Positions 18,515 to 27,184 of a DNA stretch of 40,001 nt are shown here, in pieces. Made by a program: the position numbers and the translations under genes. The stretch lies in the sequence record MT446394.1; one strand, 5' to 3'. The notes below the pieces were generated by a model. The model was not told the DNA's origin, ran no database searches, and worked only from the letters and a program-made list of their open reading frames with translations. Each line of letters starts with the position of its first letter. Position 1 is the first letter of the stretch. This DNA is from Escherichia virus TH20.

Positions 18515-18564
18515 AAGGGCCTATAGTCCCTATAGTGATAGTTAAGGTAAATCTATAGGCCCTT
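18515..18564 (-). promoter_or_regulatory. Perfect 12-bp inverted repeat (AAGGGCCTATAG / CTATAGGCCCTT) enclosing the phi13 promoter; candidate RNase III site
   Basis: Arms at 18515-18526 and 18553-18564, 26-nt loop; sits between tail tube B stop and gene 13. Confidence 0.45.
18525..18547 (-). promoter_or_regulatory. Phage-RNAP promoter (phi13 position): CCTTAACTATCACTATAGGGACT
   Basis: Near-consensus 23-mer, +1 G at 18530. Confidence 0.7.
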
Positions 18565-18571
18565 CAATAAG

Positions 18572-20929
18572 TTAGACGGAACGAGCTTTCTTAGCGTATG
18601 ACGCCTCCCAGCCACACCCAACGATGGACACTGGGGTAGGATAGTCTGACTCTAAGGTTAGACTCGTGGTTAATGCGTTACCATTCATAGCGAAGCGATA
18701 CTGACCGTCCCCAATGTTGGTAGTCCCGATGGTTTGCTGACCAAGGGTGTACCCATTAAAGGTGTTAACGAACTCCCGCTCACCGTTTCTGACAATGAGT
18801 CTAAGAGCGCCAGTGTCCTTGTAGTTGACCCAAGCCCGACGAAGTTGTAGGCGTCCAGTGTCTTCAGACTGAGTGCCCCTCTCGTCTTCAATCTTAATCA
18901 GGAACCGTGAGAACTTGTAGGACATCAGATAAGACCGTCCGATGAACACTGTACGTCCTGACCAATCGCCATTGAGCACAGCCACAGTTGAGATGTCGGT
19001 CAATTCACCAAGGTCCACGTAGGCACCCTGACTGTCAATCAGATAGTACCGACCGGGAGACGGAGCGTTTCCACCATAAGCAGAACCAATGTCAACCGTA
19101 GTCTTATAGGTGTCAGCGTTGTATGAGCCAATTGGTATTACCATAGACACCTTGGAGTCAACGTGGAGTCTATATGGCTCTAACGGAAAGTCAGTTGCCT
19201 CCTTGATGAACTTAAGGTGCTCAAGGTCCACTCCTCCTTGGTGCTGACGAACAATGAACATGGTAGAGCCAATCGACGCAGACGCCAGAATCTTATCAGC
19301 TTTAGGGAACTCCCAGTGCGACCAAGAGGCTTGAAGCTGTACGCCGTCCTTAAACAAGAACTTGTAGATGTAGATTCTGTTGTATGCACCTGTAGAGTTG
19401 ACGCAGATGTAGTTCTCAGTCCCTGTCCCCTGAATGTCAAACACCCCGTTAGGGATATAGGACAGTACGTGTCCAGTGGTATCATCGGCATCCTTCACGT
19501 CAGACACATCTGCTACAGCGAAGTATCTCTTAATGCTGGTGAATGACCCACGAGGCGCTGAGAAGAAGACTGAGCGTCCTACAGCGAACGGTCTGGCATT
19601 ATCACCTAAGGCAAACTCTGAGCCTACATCAAGCTGGATAGACTTCGAGGTAAGGACCCCTGAGCTTGTCATCACGAACTGCACCTCATCTGACCAAAGT
19701 AGTAGCTGCTCGCTAAACGGAACGGCATACTTAAGGATTGAGATTCTAGGGTGACTTACAGCTACGTCAATAGGATCATCATCACTCAGTGTAGCCACAC
19801 TCTTAGGGAAGAACGCAAAGTAGCTGGCTGAACGGCTCATGATTACGTTCTCACCTGACAAGAACCCTAGCCTGTTCCTGTAGAAGAACACATCGTTAAT
19901 CGTAGCATCCACGAAGCTAGGCATAGGGTTTATGTCATCATTACCAGCGCCACGCTTGGACCAGTCCAGAGTCTTGAACTCAAAGGATCCATCAGACTTT
20001 CTTACCAGAGCATGCGGCATTGTGGTGACATCGAACCCAGTTACCACTCCCGGCTCTACTGTCTCCTTCCACGTCTTAGTGTTGGAGTCATACATCACGT
20101 AATATTCATCGGCGCTACTGTTGGTCTCACCTTGAATCTTAATGATGTACCCATTTGGAGCCGCAAGGGGCAACTTAGAGATTGTTTGCACCGTGTCGAG
20201 GACTGGGCTGATTAGTTGGTTAGCGTAGCCATCCTCAGTCTCCACTGAGTTAATGTCAGTCCCTGAAGGGGCAGTGATTAACAGGAATCCAGACCCAAGG
20301 TCGAACGTGAAGGTAGGATAGGCAGCAACAAGAAGGTCTCTCAGAGCTGCACCGATAGCCTGAGCATCAACCTTAGGAGGGTCATTCTCGGCATCATTAC
20401 CTGCTGGTAGCTTATGCGAGACCTTAACGCCACCGTTGATTCCCACCTTAAGGGTGCGACCATACTGTCCACCGCGCAGGTTAATTAAAGCGCGTGCTTT
20501 ACGATTATAACCAGAGTGTGACTTCTCGCTTCCACCTTTAACGACAACCTTACGGTTAACGACGAATGTATAGTCTGCCACAGTAACGACACGGATGTCA
20601 TCTCGCGGGTTGGACGACTTAACGTAGTCTACCGCACCGGAAACTGAGTATTGATTACCGCTCAAGTCAACTACCTGAATGTTGGTCCCGTTGAACACGA
20701 TGTAATACTGCTCCTGCTCATCACGGTTAATCAGGTGGAACTTGGGGTTACTCCCAACGTCGATGTTAAGACGTCGCTTGAAGACTGTAGGTGGGCGCTT
20801 CTGGAGGCCATCACTCTCGGATGACCAGCAGTTAACTTGAGCCTCGCCTTGGTCTGAGAACCTCAGGATGTCAGGCTGTTGGCTAATGCCACCCTTAAGA
20901 TTTTTTATGCTTTGCGTAATAAGCGGCAT
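18572..20929 (-). CDS. Tail tubular protein B (T7 gp12-like), 785 aa
   Basis: Size and position; AAGGAGA upstream of ATG 20929. Confidence 0.95.
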   Translation of the reverse strand: MPLITQSIKNLKGGISQQPDILRFSDQGEAQVNCWSSESDGLQKRPPTVFKRRLNIDVGSNPKFHLINRDEQEQYYIVFNGTNIQVVDLSGNQYSVSGAVDYVKSSNPRDDIRVVTVADYTFVVNRKVVVKGGSEKSHSGYNRKARALINLRGGQYGRTLKVGINGGVKVSHKLPAGNDAENDPPKVDAQAIGAALRDLLVAAYPTFTFDLGSGFLLITAPSGTDINSVETEDGYANQLISPVLDTVQTISKLPLAAPNGYIIKIQGETNSSADEYYVMYDSNTKTWKETVEPGVVTGFDVTTMPHALVRKSDGSFEFKTLDWSKRGAGNDDINPMPSFVDATINDVFFYRNRLGFLSGENVIMSRSASYFAFFPKSVATLSDDDPIDVAVSHPRISILKYAVPFSEQLLLWSDEVQFVMTSSGVLTSKSIQLDVGSEFALGDNARPFAVGRSVFFSAPRGSFTSIKRYFAVADVSDVKDADDTTGHVLSYIPNGVFDIQGTGTENYICVNSTGAYNRIYIYKFLFKDGVQLQASWSHWEFPKADKILASASIGSTMFIVRQHQGGVDLEHLKFIKEATDFPLEPYRLHVDSKVSMVIPIGSYNADTYKTTVDIGSAYGGNAPSPGRYYLIDSQGAYVDLGELTDISTVAVLNGDWSGRTVFIGRSYLMSYKFSRFLIKIEDERGTQSEDTGRLQLRRAWVNYKDTGALRLIVRNGEREFVNTFNGYTLGQQTIGTTNIGDGQYRFAMNGNALTTSLTLESDYPTPVSIVGCGWEASYAKKARSV

Positions 20930-20938
20930 ATGCTCTCC

Positions 20939-21166
20939 TTAAATCATACTCATTAGGACGTATCCCTCAGCGATGTTACCAACGTCAGCAATGTGGACAA
21001 CCTTACGTGCTACCTGTTGTCCAGTATACCCGTTGTCCCACTCATTCAGGATAAGCCAGTCGCCAACCTTAAAGTCCCGGTCGTTAAGTCTCAGCTCTGC
21101 TGTCTTTAGACCTAGTTGTACCGGGCCAAAGTGCTGGCGGTGAATCTTCAGGTTGTGACTAGCCAT
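20939..21166 (-). CDS. Small ASCH/DUF3850-like (PUA-fold) protein, 75 aa, between tail tubular A and B
   Basis: Pattern GxKTxExRLNDRDFKVGDWLxLxEWD...YTG as I recall for DUF3850; ATG overlaps gene 11 stop (TAATG), GGGAGGG upstream. Confidence 0.55.
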   Translation of the reverse strand: MASHNLKIHRQHFGPVQLGLKTAELRLNDRDFKVGDWLILNEWDNGYTGQQVARKVVHIADVGNIAEGYVLMSMI

Positions 21167-21732
21167 TAGTCCCTCCCGATGTCGGACATCATGTTGTAGC
21201 GACCAGTATCCATCTCGTATTCCATGACCTGCTGATAGAGTTCTGCTTCCTGCTCACGAAGGTATAGTTCAGACTCTGGGCTACCGAAGAACTTAGCGTT
21301 GAACTCACGGCTAGCCTTGGTAACGATGTAGTCCCTGAAGACCACTGGCATCTCAGAGAATGGTTTCATCTCAACAAGCTCTACCGTTATAGGGTCGGTG
21401 AAAGTGGTTGACTGAGTGGACAGGTCGTACAGGTATCCACCCATGTTGCTATAATAGCTGGTGGCCCCGGCAGTCATTACACGAAGGTATGACGGTAGGA
21501 ATCTAATCCTGTTGTCTTGGACATCAGGTGTCAGGACAGCAGCTTCATTAATGTTAAAGTTCCATCCTTTAGCTTGGACCTGACGATTGACACGATGCAG
21601 GATACGTTGAGCATTCGAGACGTCAGCATTGCCTTCGTCAAGCTGTAGGACTGCTGGTTCACCGATAGCAGCTAACATATCGTTGATGGCGTCTAAGTCA
21701 TCGTTAGCATTCAGTGGAATGTATTGAGCCAT
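21166..21732 (-). CDS. Tail tubular protein A (T7 gp11-like), 188 aa
   Basis: Size and position after capsid terminator; AAGGAGG upstream. Confidence 0.9.
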   Translation of the reverse strand: MAQYIPLNANDDLDAINDMLAAIGEPAVLQLDEGNADVSNAQRILHRVNRQVQAKGWNFNINEAAVLTPDVQDNRIRFLPSYLRVMTAGATSYYSNMGGYLYDLSTQSTTFTDPITVELVEMKPFSEMPVVFRDYIVTKASREFNAKFFGSPESELYLREQEAELYQQVMEYEMDTGRYNMMSDIGRD

Positions 21733-21747
21733 AGGCCCTCCTTAAGC

Positions 21748-21787
21748 AAAAAAAAAACCCCTCAAGCACCCGAAGGCACCCAAGGGG
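21748..21787 (-). terminator. Tphi-like intrinsic/RNAP terminator after the capsid gene
   Basis: Minus-sense CCCCTTGGGTGCC-TTCG-GGTGCTTGAGGGG with G-U pairs followed by T10; same position and style as T7 Tphi. Confidence 0.7.
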
Positions 21788-21793
21788 TTTAAA

Positions 21794-22084
21794 TTAGTTT
21801 GTGAACGAAACGTTGAATGACCTAACGGTAGACCCGTCATATCCAACAGTTACAAGACCTGTCACAGCATCGGTGGCCTTGAAGTAGAGACTTGAAGTTC
21901 TACGAGAGTAGCTCACACCATCCGGCATGGTTACATCCAGCAGAGACCAGTCGGTCACATCTGCCAGCTCAGGGAAGTCCACCTTAATACTGACACCAAC
22001 TGAGGACTCCAAGGTTTCCAAGGTAGGACCCTCAGTAGAGAGAGTCCTGAAGGTCATTAACCCGCTGCTGCTGGACTGAAAACC
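21794..22084 (-). CDS. Capsid 10B-type C-terminal extension, reached by -1 frameshift at GGTTTTC (22084-22078), or a separately translated 87-aa ORF
   Basis: -1 frame is open from the heptamer near the 10A end through ORF 21794..22057; ATG at 22057 overlaps 10A stop (TAATG). Confidence 0.5.
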   Translation of the reverse strand, partial: GFQSSSSGLMTFRTLSTEGPTLETLESSVGVSIKVDFPELADVTDWSLLDVTMPDGVSYSRRTSSLYFKATDAVTGLVTVGYDGSTVRSFNVSFTN

Positions 22085-23106
22085 AGAGCACCAGCCGCTT
22101 CAGGACGCAGACCACCGTGACCCATAGCGTATTTACCAACAATCAGGTCGCCCTGAGCATCGACGTCACGGTCACGTTCCAGCGCCAAGTCACGCAGCTT
22201 CACAGTACCAACAGCGGAGCGGTGAGAGAATAGGCCCACAACGTTGTCCATAGCAACTTTAACGTCGTTAGCAGTAGTTGCCGGGAATGCGTGTTTCTGA
22301 CCGGAAGCGATAGAGATACCATCGGCACCACGGGTCTCACCAGCGCCACCCTGTACCAGATGCGGAACTTCAACAACAACGAAGCCCATCACGTTACGGA
22401 TGTTACCAGTCTCCGGGTCAATCAGCGCAGCGTAGTTAGCAGCGTTAGGCATCAGAGCTGCTAGAATCGCAGAGTAGTTGTTAGGCGTGGTGTAGAAGTA
22501 ACGGTCGCCAGCAGGAACGTAGTTGGAGGTCAGCTTCGCACGAGCAATGGTCAGTTGGCCGATGATTGCTTCACCAAGCTTAGCCGGAGTGTTAAGGTCG
22601 GCTTTAGTGCCAACTTCAAGTACGGACGCAGTGCCCAGACCAGCGATATTCTCGTTGGATGCAGCCGGGAGGTTACACAGGATAGCCATTTCAGCCAGAA
22701 CAGCACCATCAGCAGCGATAGCCAGAGCTTCACCCAACTGGTTGGAGTACTCGCCGGCCACGTCATAGTGGTTCATCGCGTCTTCAATGTCGAAAATCAT
22801 CACATCGGCAGTCAGCAGACCATCAATGGTAATCACTTTCTCGGTATGTTTGATACCTTTACGCTTATCGGACAGTCGCTCACCCGGAGCCAGATACACA
22901 CCAGAGGTGCGACCCATGACCGGGAACTGAGCAGACTTACCGTTCTGAATGGTACGGACAATATGCTTGTCAGCAGTTACAGAGCGGCGAGTGAATGCGG
23001 TCAGGACTTCACCAGCAAATACCTTCAGGAACAACGCCAGAGCGTCGGAACTGGATTTGCCTTTACCTTGGTCTGTACCAATTTTCTGACCCGGAACGTT
23101 TGCCAT
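22057..23106 (-). CDS. Major capsid protein (T7 gp10A-like), 349 aa
   Basis: Co-linear with T7 gp10A (LALFLKVF.GEVLTAF, EKVITIDGLLTADV, NVMGF.VVEVPHL, KYAMGHGGLRPEAAGA); AGGAGA upstream. Confidence 0.97.
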   Translation of the reverse strand: MANVPGQKIGTDQGKGKSSSDALALFLKVFAGEVLTAFTRRSVTADKHIVRTIQNGKSAQFPVMGRTSGVYLAPGERLSDKRKGIKHTEKVITIDGLLTADVMIFDIEDAMNHYDVAGEYSNQLGEALAIAADGAVLAEMAILCNLPAASNENIAGLGTASVLEVGTKADLNTPAKLGEAIIGQLTIARAKLTSNYVPAGDRYFYTTPNNYSAILAALMPNAANYAALIDPETGNIRNVMGFVVVEVPHLVQGGAGETRGADGISIASGQKHAFPATTANDVKVAMDNVVGLFSHRSAVGTVKLRDLALERDRDVDAQGDLIVGKYAMGHGGLRPEAAGALVFSPAAAG

Positions 23107-23208
23107 ATGATAATTCTCCTATTCAATTGAAAGATAAAGTTTATTACTTACTGTACGCCCAATCCGTATGGACTGAAGTAATAGGGAAACCTTGAGTCTT
23201 TCTCTCGG

Positions 23209-23231
23209 TCTCCCTATAGTGATAGTTTAGT
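23209..23231 (-). promoter_or_regulatory. Phage-RNAP promoter upstream of capsid gene (phi10 position): ACTAAACTATCACTATAGGGAGA
   Basis: Best match to consensus including GGGAGA start; +1 G at 23214. Confidence 0.8.
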
Positions 23232-23232
23232 C

Positions 23233-24117
23233 CTACAGGCTTGAGGCAGCTACCTTAGCGCGAACTTCCATCGTGTACTTAGCGTCACGCAGGTATCGCG
23301 GGTCACTCATAGCCTTAATCATGTCAGCCTTAGAGCTGAATGCTTCGGTCTGAGGAGCCTTAGGTGCGACCACAGGTTTAGCCTGATTGATTATGGTACG
23401 CTGAGGTTTAACGCCTACAGCTTTACCCAGAGTCTTGCCAGCCAGATTCAGCAGAGCTTTGGTAGTCGCAATGTCCTTACGGACGATAGCAGCTTCCAGT
23501 GCCTCACGAGTTGACGGGTCGTTGGACTCAAGGTGAGACAGGATGCGGTTAAACTGTTCAGCTCCACCAGCGTAGCGAACCACTCCAGCAGCATACTGTT
23601 CAGCCAGTGCTTCCTGACCACGGACAAACGAATCTACGAAACGCTTGGTGTAACCTGCTTCCTGCAACTTAGCGTAGGATGCGTCAGACAGCTTACCGTC
23701 CTTGGCGTATTCAGCCTTGATAGCGGTAATTTCATCAGCAGTGACCTTGCCAGCTTCCACAGCAGAAGACACCATGTCGTCGAATGCAGCTTCGTTTTCA
23801 TCCAGAGCGGCGACACTTTCGGTCAGCTCTTTCGGTGCATCACCTAGTTCGATGAACTCAGGCTGCTCACCATCGGTCTCAGACTCTTCGTCATCTGACT
23901 CGTGGTCTTCTTCACCTTCAGCCTCTTCGACGTTCTCGTCTTCTTCGGCCGCCTCTTCGTTTTCGGCTTCCAGTTGCTTGAAGGTAATAGCATCATCGCC
24001 ATCACGAACCGCTACGTCCTGTTCAAGCATAGACTTCTGGTGTTCGTTCAGGTCCTCAACGGAACCAGTGATTGCATTAGAGCTAACGCCGAACTCGGCA
24101 TAAACTGATTGAGACAT
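23233..24117 (-). CDS. Scaffolding protein (T7 gp9-like), 294 aa, acidic
   Basis: Position between portal and capsid, Glu/Asp-rich; AAGGAGA upstream. Confidence 0.9.
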   Translation of the reverse strand: MSQSVYAEFGVSSNAITGSVEDLNEHQKSMLEQDVAVRDGDDAITFKQLEAENEEAAEEDENVEEAEGEEDHESDDEESETDGEQPEFIELGDAPKELTESVAALDENEAAFDDMVSSAVEAGKVTADEITAIKAEYAKDGKLSDASYAKLQEAGYTKRFVDSFVRGQEALAEQYAAGVVRYAGGAEQFNRILSHLESNDPSTREALEAAIVRKDIATTKALLNLAGKTLGKAVGVKPQRTIINQAKPVVAPKAPQTEAFSSKADMIKAMSDPRYLRDAKYTMEVRAKVAASSL

Positions 24118-24214
24118 TGAGTCATTCTCCTTTAAGTCGTTAATAGGTAAACACCTACTTGCAGTGTGGGACTAACGGCTACCATATGGTCGGCTTAGTC
24201 GCTCTTACTTTCAG

Positions 24215-24237
24215 TGTTCCTATAGTGATAGTTTAGG
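24215..24237 (-). promoter_or_regulatory. Phage-RNAP promoter (phi9 position): CCTAAACTATCACTATAGGAACA
   Basis: 23-mer overlapping portal stop, +1 G at 24220. Confidence 0.7.
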
Positions 24238-25801
24238 CTTGAGCCATGTCCTCACCCGCTCCCTGACCTACAGCAGCGCCCATGTTAGCACCAGCAGCAG
24301 ACGCACCGTTGACCACAGCTCCTTGAGCTGATTGTTCAGCAATACGTTGCATCTTCTCGTCCTGAGTCAGTAGCAGACCAGCAGTGTCAATGCCTAAGGC
24401 ATTCAGAAGTCTCAGCTTAAGGGTAGGCAAGTTAATGTCTGGGTCCTGTTGCAGAGGCTGTAGCCCGGTCATCATGTTGACTGCCTGAGTCAGTTTCTCC
24501 AAGTCCTGACCACGACCTAACGCTTCAAGACCTGTGGAGACAGTAGGCTCTACCGCTTCTTTCGGAAGGTCAGGAATCATGCCAGCAGACTGAAGCTGGT
24601 TCATCAGAACACGGACGATAGGTAACTGAAGCTCTTGGGATTGTACTGAGTACACGCCACCTAAGGTCGCCTCCAGTTCGCCAGCAACATAACGAATCTC
24701 TTCAGCAGTGACTCGCTCGGCATTACGCTGAACAGCACTATTAAGAAGGAAGGCCCAGCCTAAACGTTGCTCGATAGCGTCAGCCACCGACTTGGCAATC
24801 GTAAAGTCCTGACCTTTCGTTAGTTGCAGGAAGTTGATGTCCTCAACGCGACCAGCCACGAACTCACCTGTAGCCGCCTTGTTCAGACGACGAGGTTGCG
24901 TGATACCGTTCGGGTTAACGAGGCCCACCACCTTGGAGGCTACCTTAGCCATTTTGGTGATAGCTTCTGTAATCGTCTCCAGCGAGTTCAGGTCTCCCAG
25001 ATACTCCTCGCAGTAAGAACGACCATAGTCTTCACCATCTAGTCGAACCATTCGTACCGGGATGTATGGACATGCAGTCAGTGGGTAGGAACCCTCGGTC
25101 CCTGCTACCTCAATGCCTTCCACTTCTTCATAGCGCAGATACTCGTCGTCCTGACGGTAGATGTGCGTATACACTTCCAGCTCTGTGTCAGGCTCATAGT
25201 CGTCTGCGTTGAGTTGAGACTTCACGTCTTCCGGTAGAGCACTAAACGCTACCTTGTCGAGAGTCACAATCTGCAAGATGTTACCGAAAGCATCACGTTG
25301 AACAACGTAGGACACTAAGCGGTACATTCGCATTGGACTGTAGGTTCCCTGTTCAGGCTCTGGAATGTAGAGCAGACAGTTACCGGAGACGATAAGCTGC
25401 TTCAGTGCTTCGAACAATGGAACACGGAAACTATTAGTCTCCATGTAGGCCATCAATACACGTTCGACCATAGCCAGCCCTTCGTCAACACGCGCAGCAG
25501 CCTCTGAGTCCTGACTCAAGGTCTTGGCCTCATATTCGGAGACTGTCAGTCGCATCCACGGTGACTGAGGGAATAACGCCAACATCAGCTTTGCAGCCAA
25601 GTTGTTCAAGCAGCGAGCACCTACAGCTTGCCACGGAGTTGTGTACTCAGTAGACGAGTTGTCGGACTCCTTAGGAAACAGTGACGGGATAGTGACAGCA
25701 GCACAGTTCTGAGCGCGTGTCTCATATGGCTGTCTACCGTTCTTCAGTCGGTCATAGACCGCTTTGGCTCCTTCAGCAGCGAACCCTTCACGTTCAGCCA
25801 T
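24233..25801 (-). CDS. Portal (head-tail connector) protein (T7 gp8-like), 522 aa
   Basis: Size and position; AAGGAGG upstream of ATG 25801. Confidence 0.95.
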   Translation of the reverse strand: MAEREGFAAEGAKAVYDRLKNGRQPYETRAQNCAAVTIPSLFPKESDNSSTEYTTPWQAVGARCLNNLAAKLMLALFPQSPWMRLTVSEYEAKTLSQDSEAAARVDEGLAMVERVLMAYMETNSFRVPLFEALKQLIVSGNCLLYIPEPEQGTYSPMRMYRLVSYVVQRDAFGNILQIVTLDKVAFSALPEDVKSQLNADDYEPDTELEVYTHIYRQDDEYLRYEEVEGIEVAGTEGSYPLTACPYIPVRMVRLDGEDYGRSYCEEYLGDLNSLETITEAITKMAKVASKVVGLVNPNGITQPRRLNKAATGEFVAGRVEDINFLQLTKGQDFTIAKSVADAIEQRLGWAFLLNSAVQRNAERVTAEEIRYVAGELEATLGGVYSVQSQELQLPIVRVLMNQLQSAGMIPDLPKEAVEPTVSTGLEALGRGQDLEKLTQAVNMMTGLQPLQQDPDINLPTLKLRLLNALGIDTAGLLLTQDEKMQRIAEQSAQGAVVNGASAAGANMGAAVGQGAGEDMAQA

Positions 25802-25812
25802 TCGTCACCTCC

Positions 25813-26061
25813 TTAAATAGAAATACCGCCACCAGAGGTGCGAGAGACCTGAAGGCTCCGCTTACCGGAACGCTTCACTTTCTTCTCGTCAGATGCGGTT
25901 GCTTCAGTATCCACATCCTCCACTTTGTCGTTCGGTACTTCCACTGGTGCTGCTGGGGTCTGAGCCTCAACAACCTTAGGAGCATCGTCAGAGCCAAGAC
26001 CCACTGTCCCTAACGTACTTTTCACCACTTTCTTGAAAGCCTTACTGATTGATTTACCCAC
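25813..26061 (-). CDS. Tail assembly / host-range protein (T7 gp7.3-like), 82 aa
   Basis: MGKS...SRTSGGGISI matches T7 gp7.3 ends; GTG start with AAGGAGA 6 nt upstream. Confidence 0.75.
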   Translation of the reverse strand: MGKSISKAFKKVVKSTLGTVGLGSDDAPKVVEAQTPAAPVEVPNDKVEDVDTEATASDEKKVKRSGKRSLQVSRTSGGGISI

Positions 26062-26458
26062 GGTTAATCTCCTTAGTTGTTACGATGTCTACCGACCCTG
26101 AAACATGCTTGACACGGGAATACCAGCCAAGGCCCCAACGCTTGCACTCTTCGCCTATGATGTGCCTGACAGTCTCAAGAACCTTGCGGGAGGACTGCGA
26201 GTCACGACGAATAGCGACGATTGAAAGGTCCAGACCGGGAGTCGGTCGGTGCCAAGATGCGGTAGCCAGCATGTAGAGGTACGCTACTGGTTGACCTGAG
26301 ACATCGTAGATTGTGTACTCTTCACCGTCGAACTCGTCAGCCATACGGTAAGTATGAGCCTTGAAGTCCTCGAATGACTTGAAGTTAGACTGCCCGTCTT
26401 CCCAGAGGCGACAAGCGCACATATGGCGACCTTCGCGTGAGTTGAGATATGGTAGCAT
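26054..26458 (-). CDS. Hypothetical protein at the gene 7 position, 134 aa
   Basis: ATG 26458; assigned by position only. Confidence 0.45.
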   Translation of the reverse strand: MLPYLNSREGRHMCACRLWEDGQSNFKSFEDFKAHTYRMADEFDGEEYTIYDVSGQPVAYLYMLATASWHRPTPGLDLSIVAIRRDSQSSRKVLETVRHIIGEECKRWGLGWYSRVKHVSGSVDIVTTKEINRG

Positions 26459-26462
26459 TGTC

Positions 26463-26687
26463 TCACCCCATGTTGACGCCAGAGTTACGCATAGCGCGAC
26501 TTACTGACGATTTATCTTTAGGCGCAGACTCCTTCTTAACCTTCAGGTCTTTGATACCTTTGGTCTCGTTGGTGTCCACATCCGATTCAGCCCCGATGTC
26601 AACTGACGCAACTTCCTCACTCAGAGGTGCTGGTTCAGGTGCTTGGACCGAAGGCTTCGGAGTGCTAATCTTTGGACTGAAACACAT
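26463..26687 (-). CDS. Virion protein (T7 gp6.7-like), 74 aa
   Basis: N-terminus MCFSPKISTPK and EPAPL as in T7 gp6.7; AGGAGGG upstream. Confidence 0.75.
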   Translation of the reverse strand: MCFSPKISTPKPSVQAPEPAPLSEEVASVDIGAESDVDTNETKGIKDLKVKKESAPKDKSSVSRAMRNSGVNMG

Positions 26688-26701
26688 AGTCCCTCCTACA
26701 G

Positions 26702-26974
26702 TTAATCGAACTGAACGGTATCTTTCAGCTCACGACGCATAGCAATCGCAGAGTCGAGAGTGTCAGAGCAATACTGGAGACCCTTGATAAACCCGGCAAT
26801 GAACGCATCGCTGTAGCCCTGCTGCTTGAGGAGACTGATAGCTCCAGTCTTCTCAGCGTAGCTTGCGTTGAACAGTACGTGCATGAACTGGATGGCAGAC
26901 TGGGAGATGTTCGGGACATCAAGTCTTTCTTCCTGTAACTGCTTAACAACGTTTTCAATAGCATTAATCGCCAT
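26702..26974 (-). CDS. Hypothetical protein at the gene 6.5 position, 90 aa
   Basis: First ORF after the phi6.5-type promoter; AGAGGAGA upstream. Confidence 0.5.
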   Translation of the reverse strand: MAINAIENVVKQLQEERLDVPNISQSAIQFMHVLFNASYAEKTGAISLLKQQGYSDAFIAGFIKGLQYCSDTLDSAIAMRRELKDTVQFD

Positions 26975-27035
26975 CTTGAATCTCCTCTTTAAGTTAAGAC
27001 TAAAGTCTATCTTATAGTCATATCTTAGGTCCTAA

Positions 27036-27058
27036 AGTCCCTATAGTGATAGTTTAGT
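27036..27058 (-). promoter_or_regulatory. Phage-RNAP promoter (phi6.5 position): ACTAAACTATCACTATAGGGACT
   Basis: Near-consensus 23-mer, +1 G at 27041. Confidence 0.7.
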
Positions 27059-27184
27059 ATTTCACCTATGGATGACTGTTGGATTGATAGGATATGACTA
27101 TCGGTTAGACTCAGTGTTTAGGGCGGTTGTTCGACCCGAACCACTTGTACATGCAGTAAAGGGCCAGAAGTCCGGCCCAGTAAA

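Noticed and set aside
22555-23130. Plus-strand ORF of 191 aa
   Set aside because: Lies antisense within the major capsid gene, which is unambiguous
23702-24103. Plus-strand Ser-rich ORF of 133 aa
   Set aside because: Antisense image of the acidic scaffolding gene (GAx codons read as Ser codons on the other strand)
27161-27178. GGGCC-N8-GGCCC hairpin just downstream of the exonuclease gene
   Set aside because: Only a 5-bp stem and no following U-run; too weak to call a terminator
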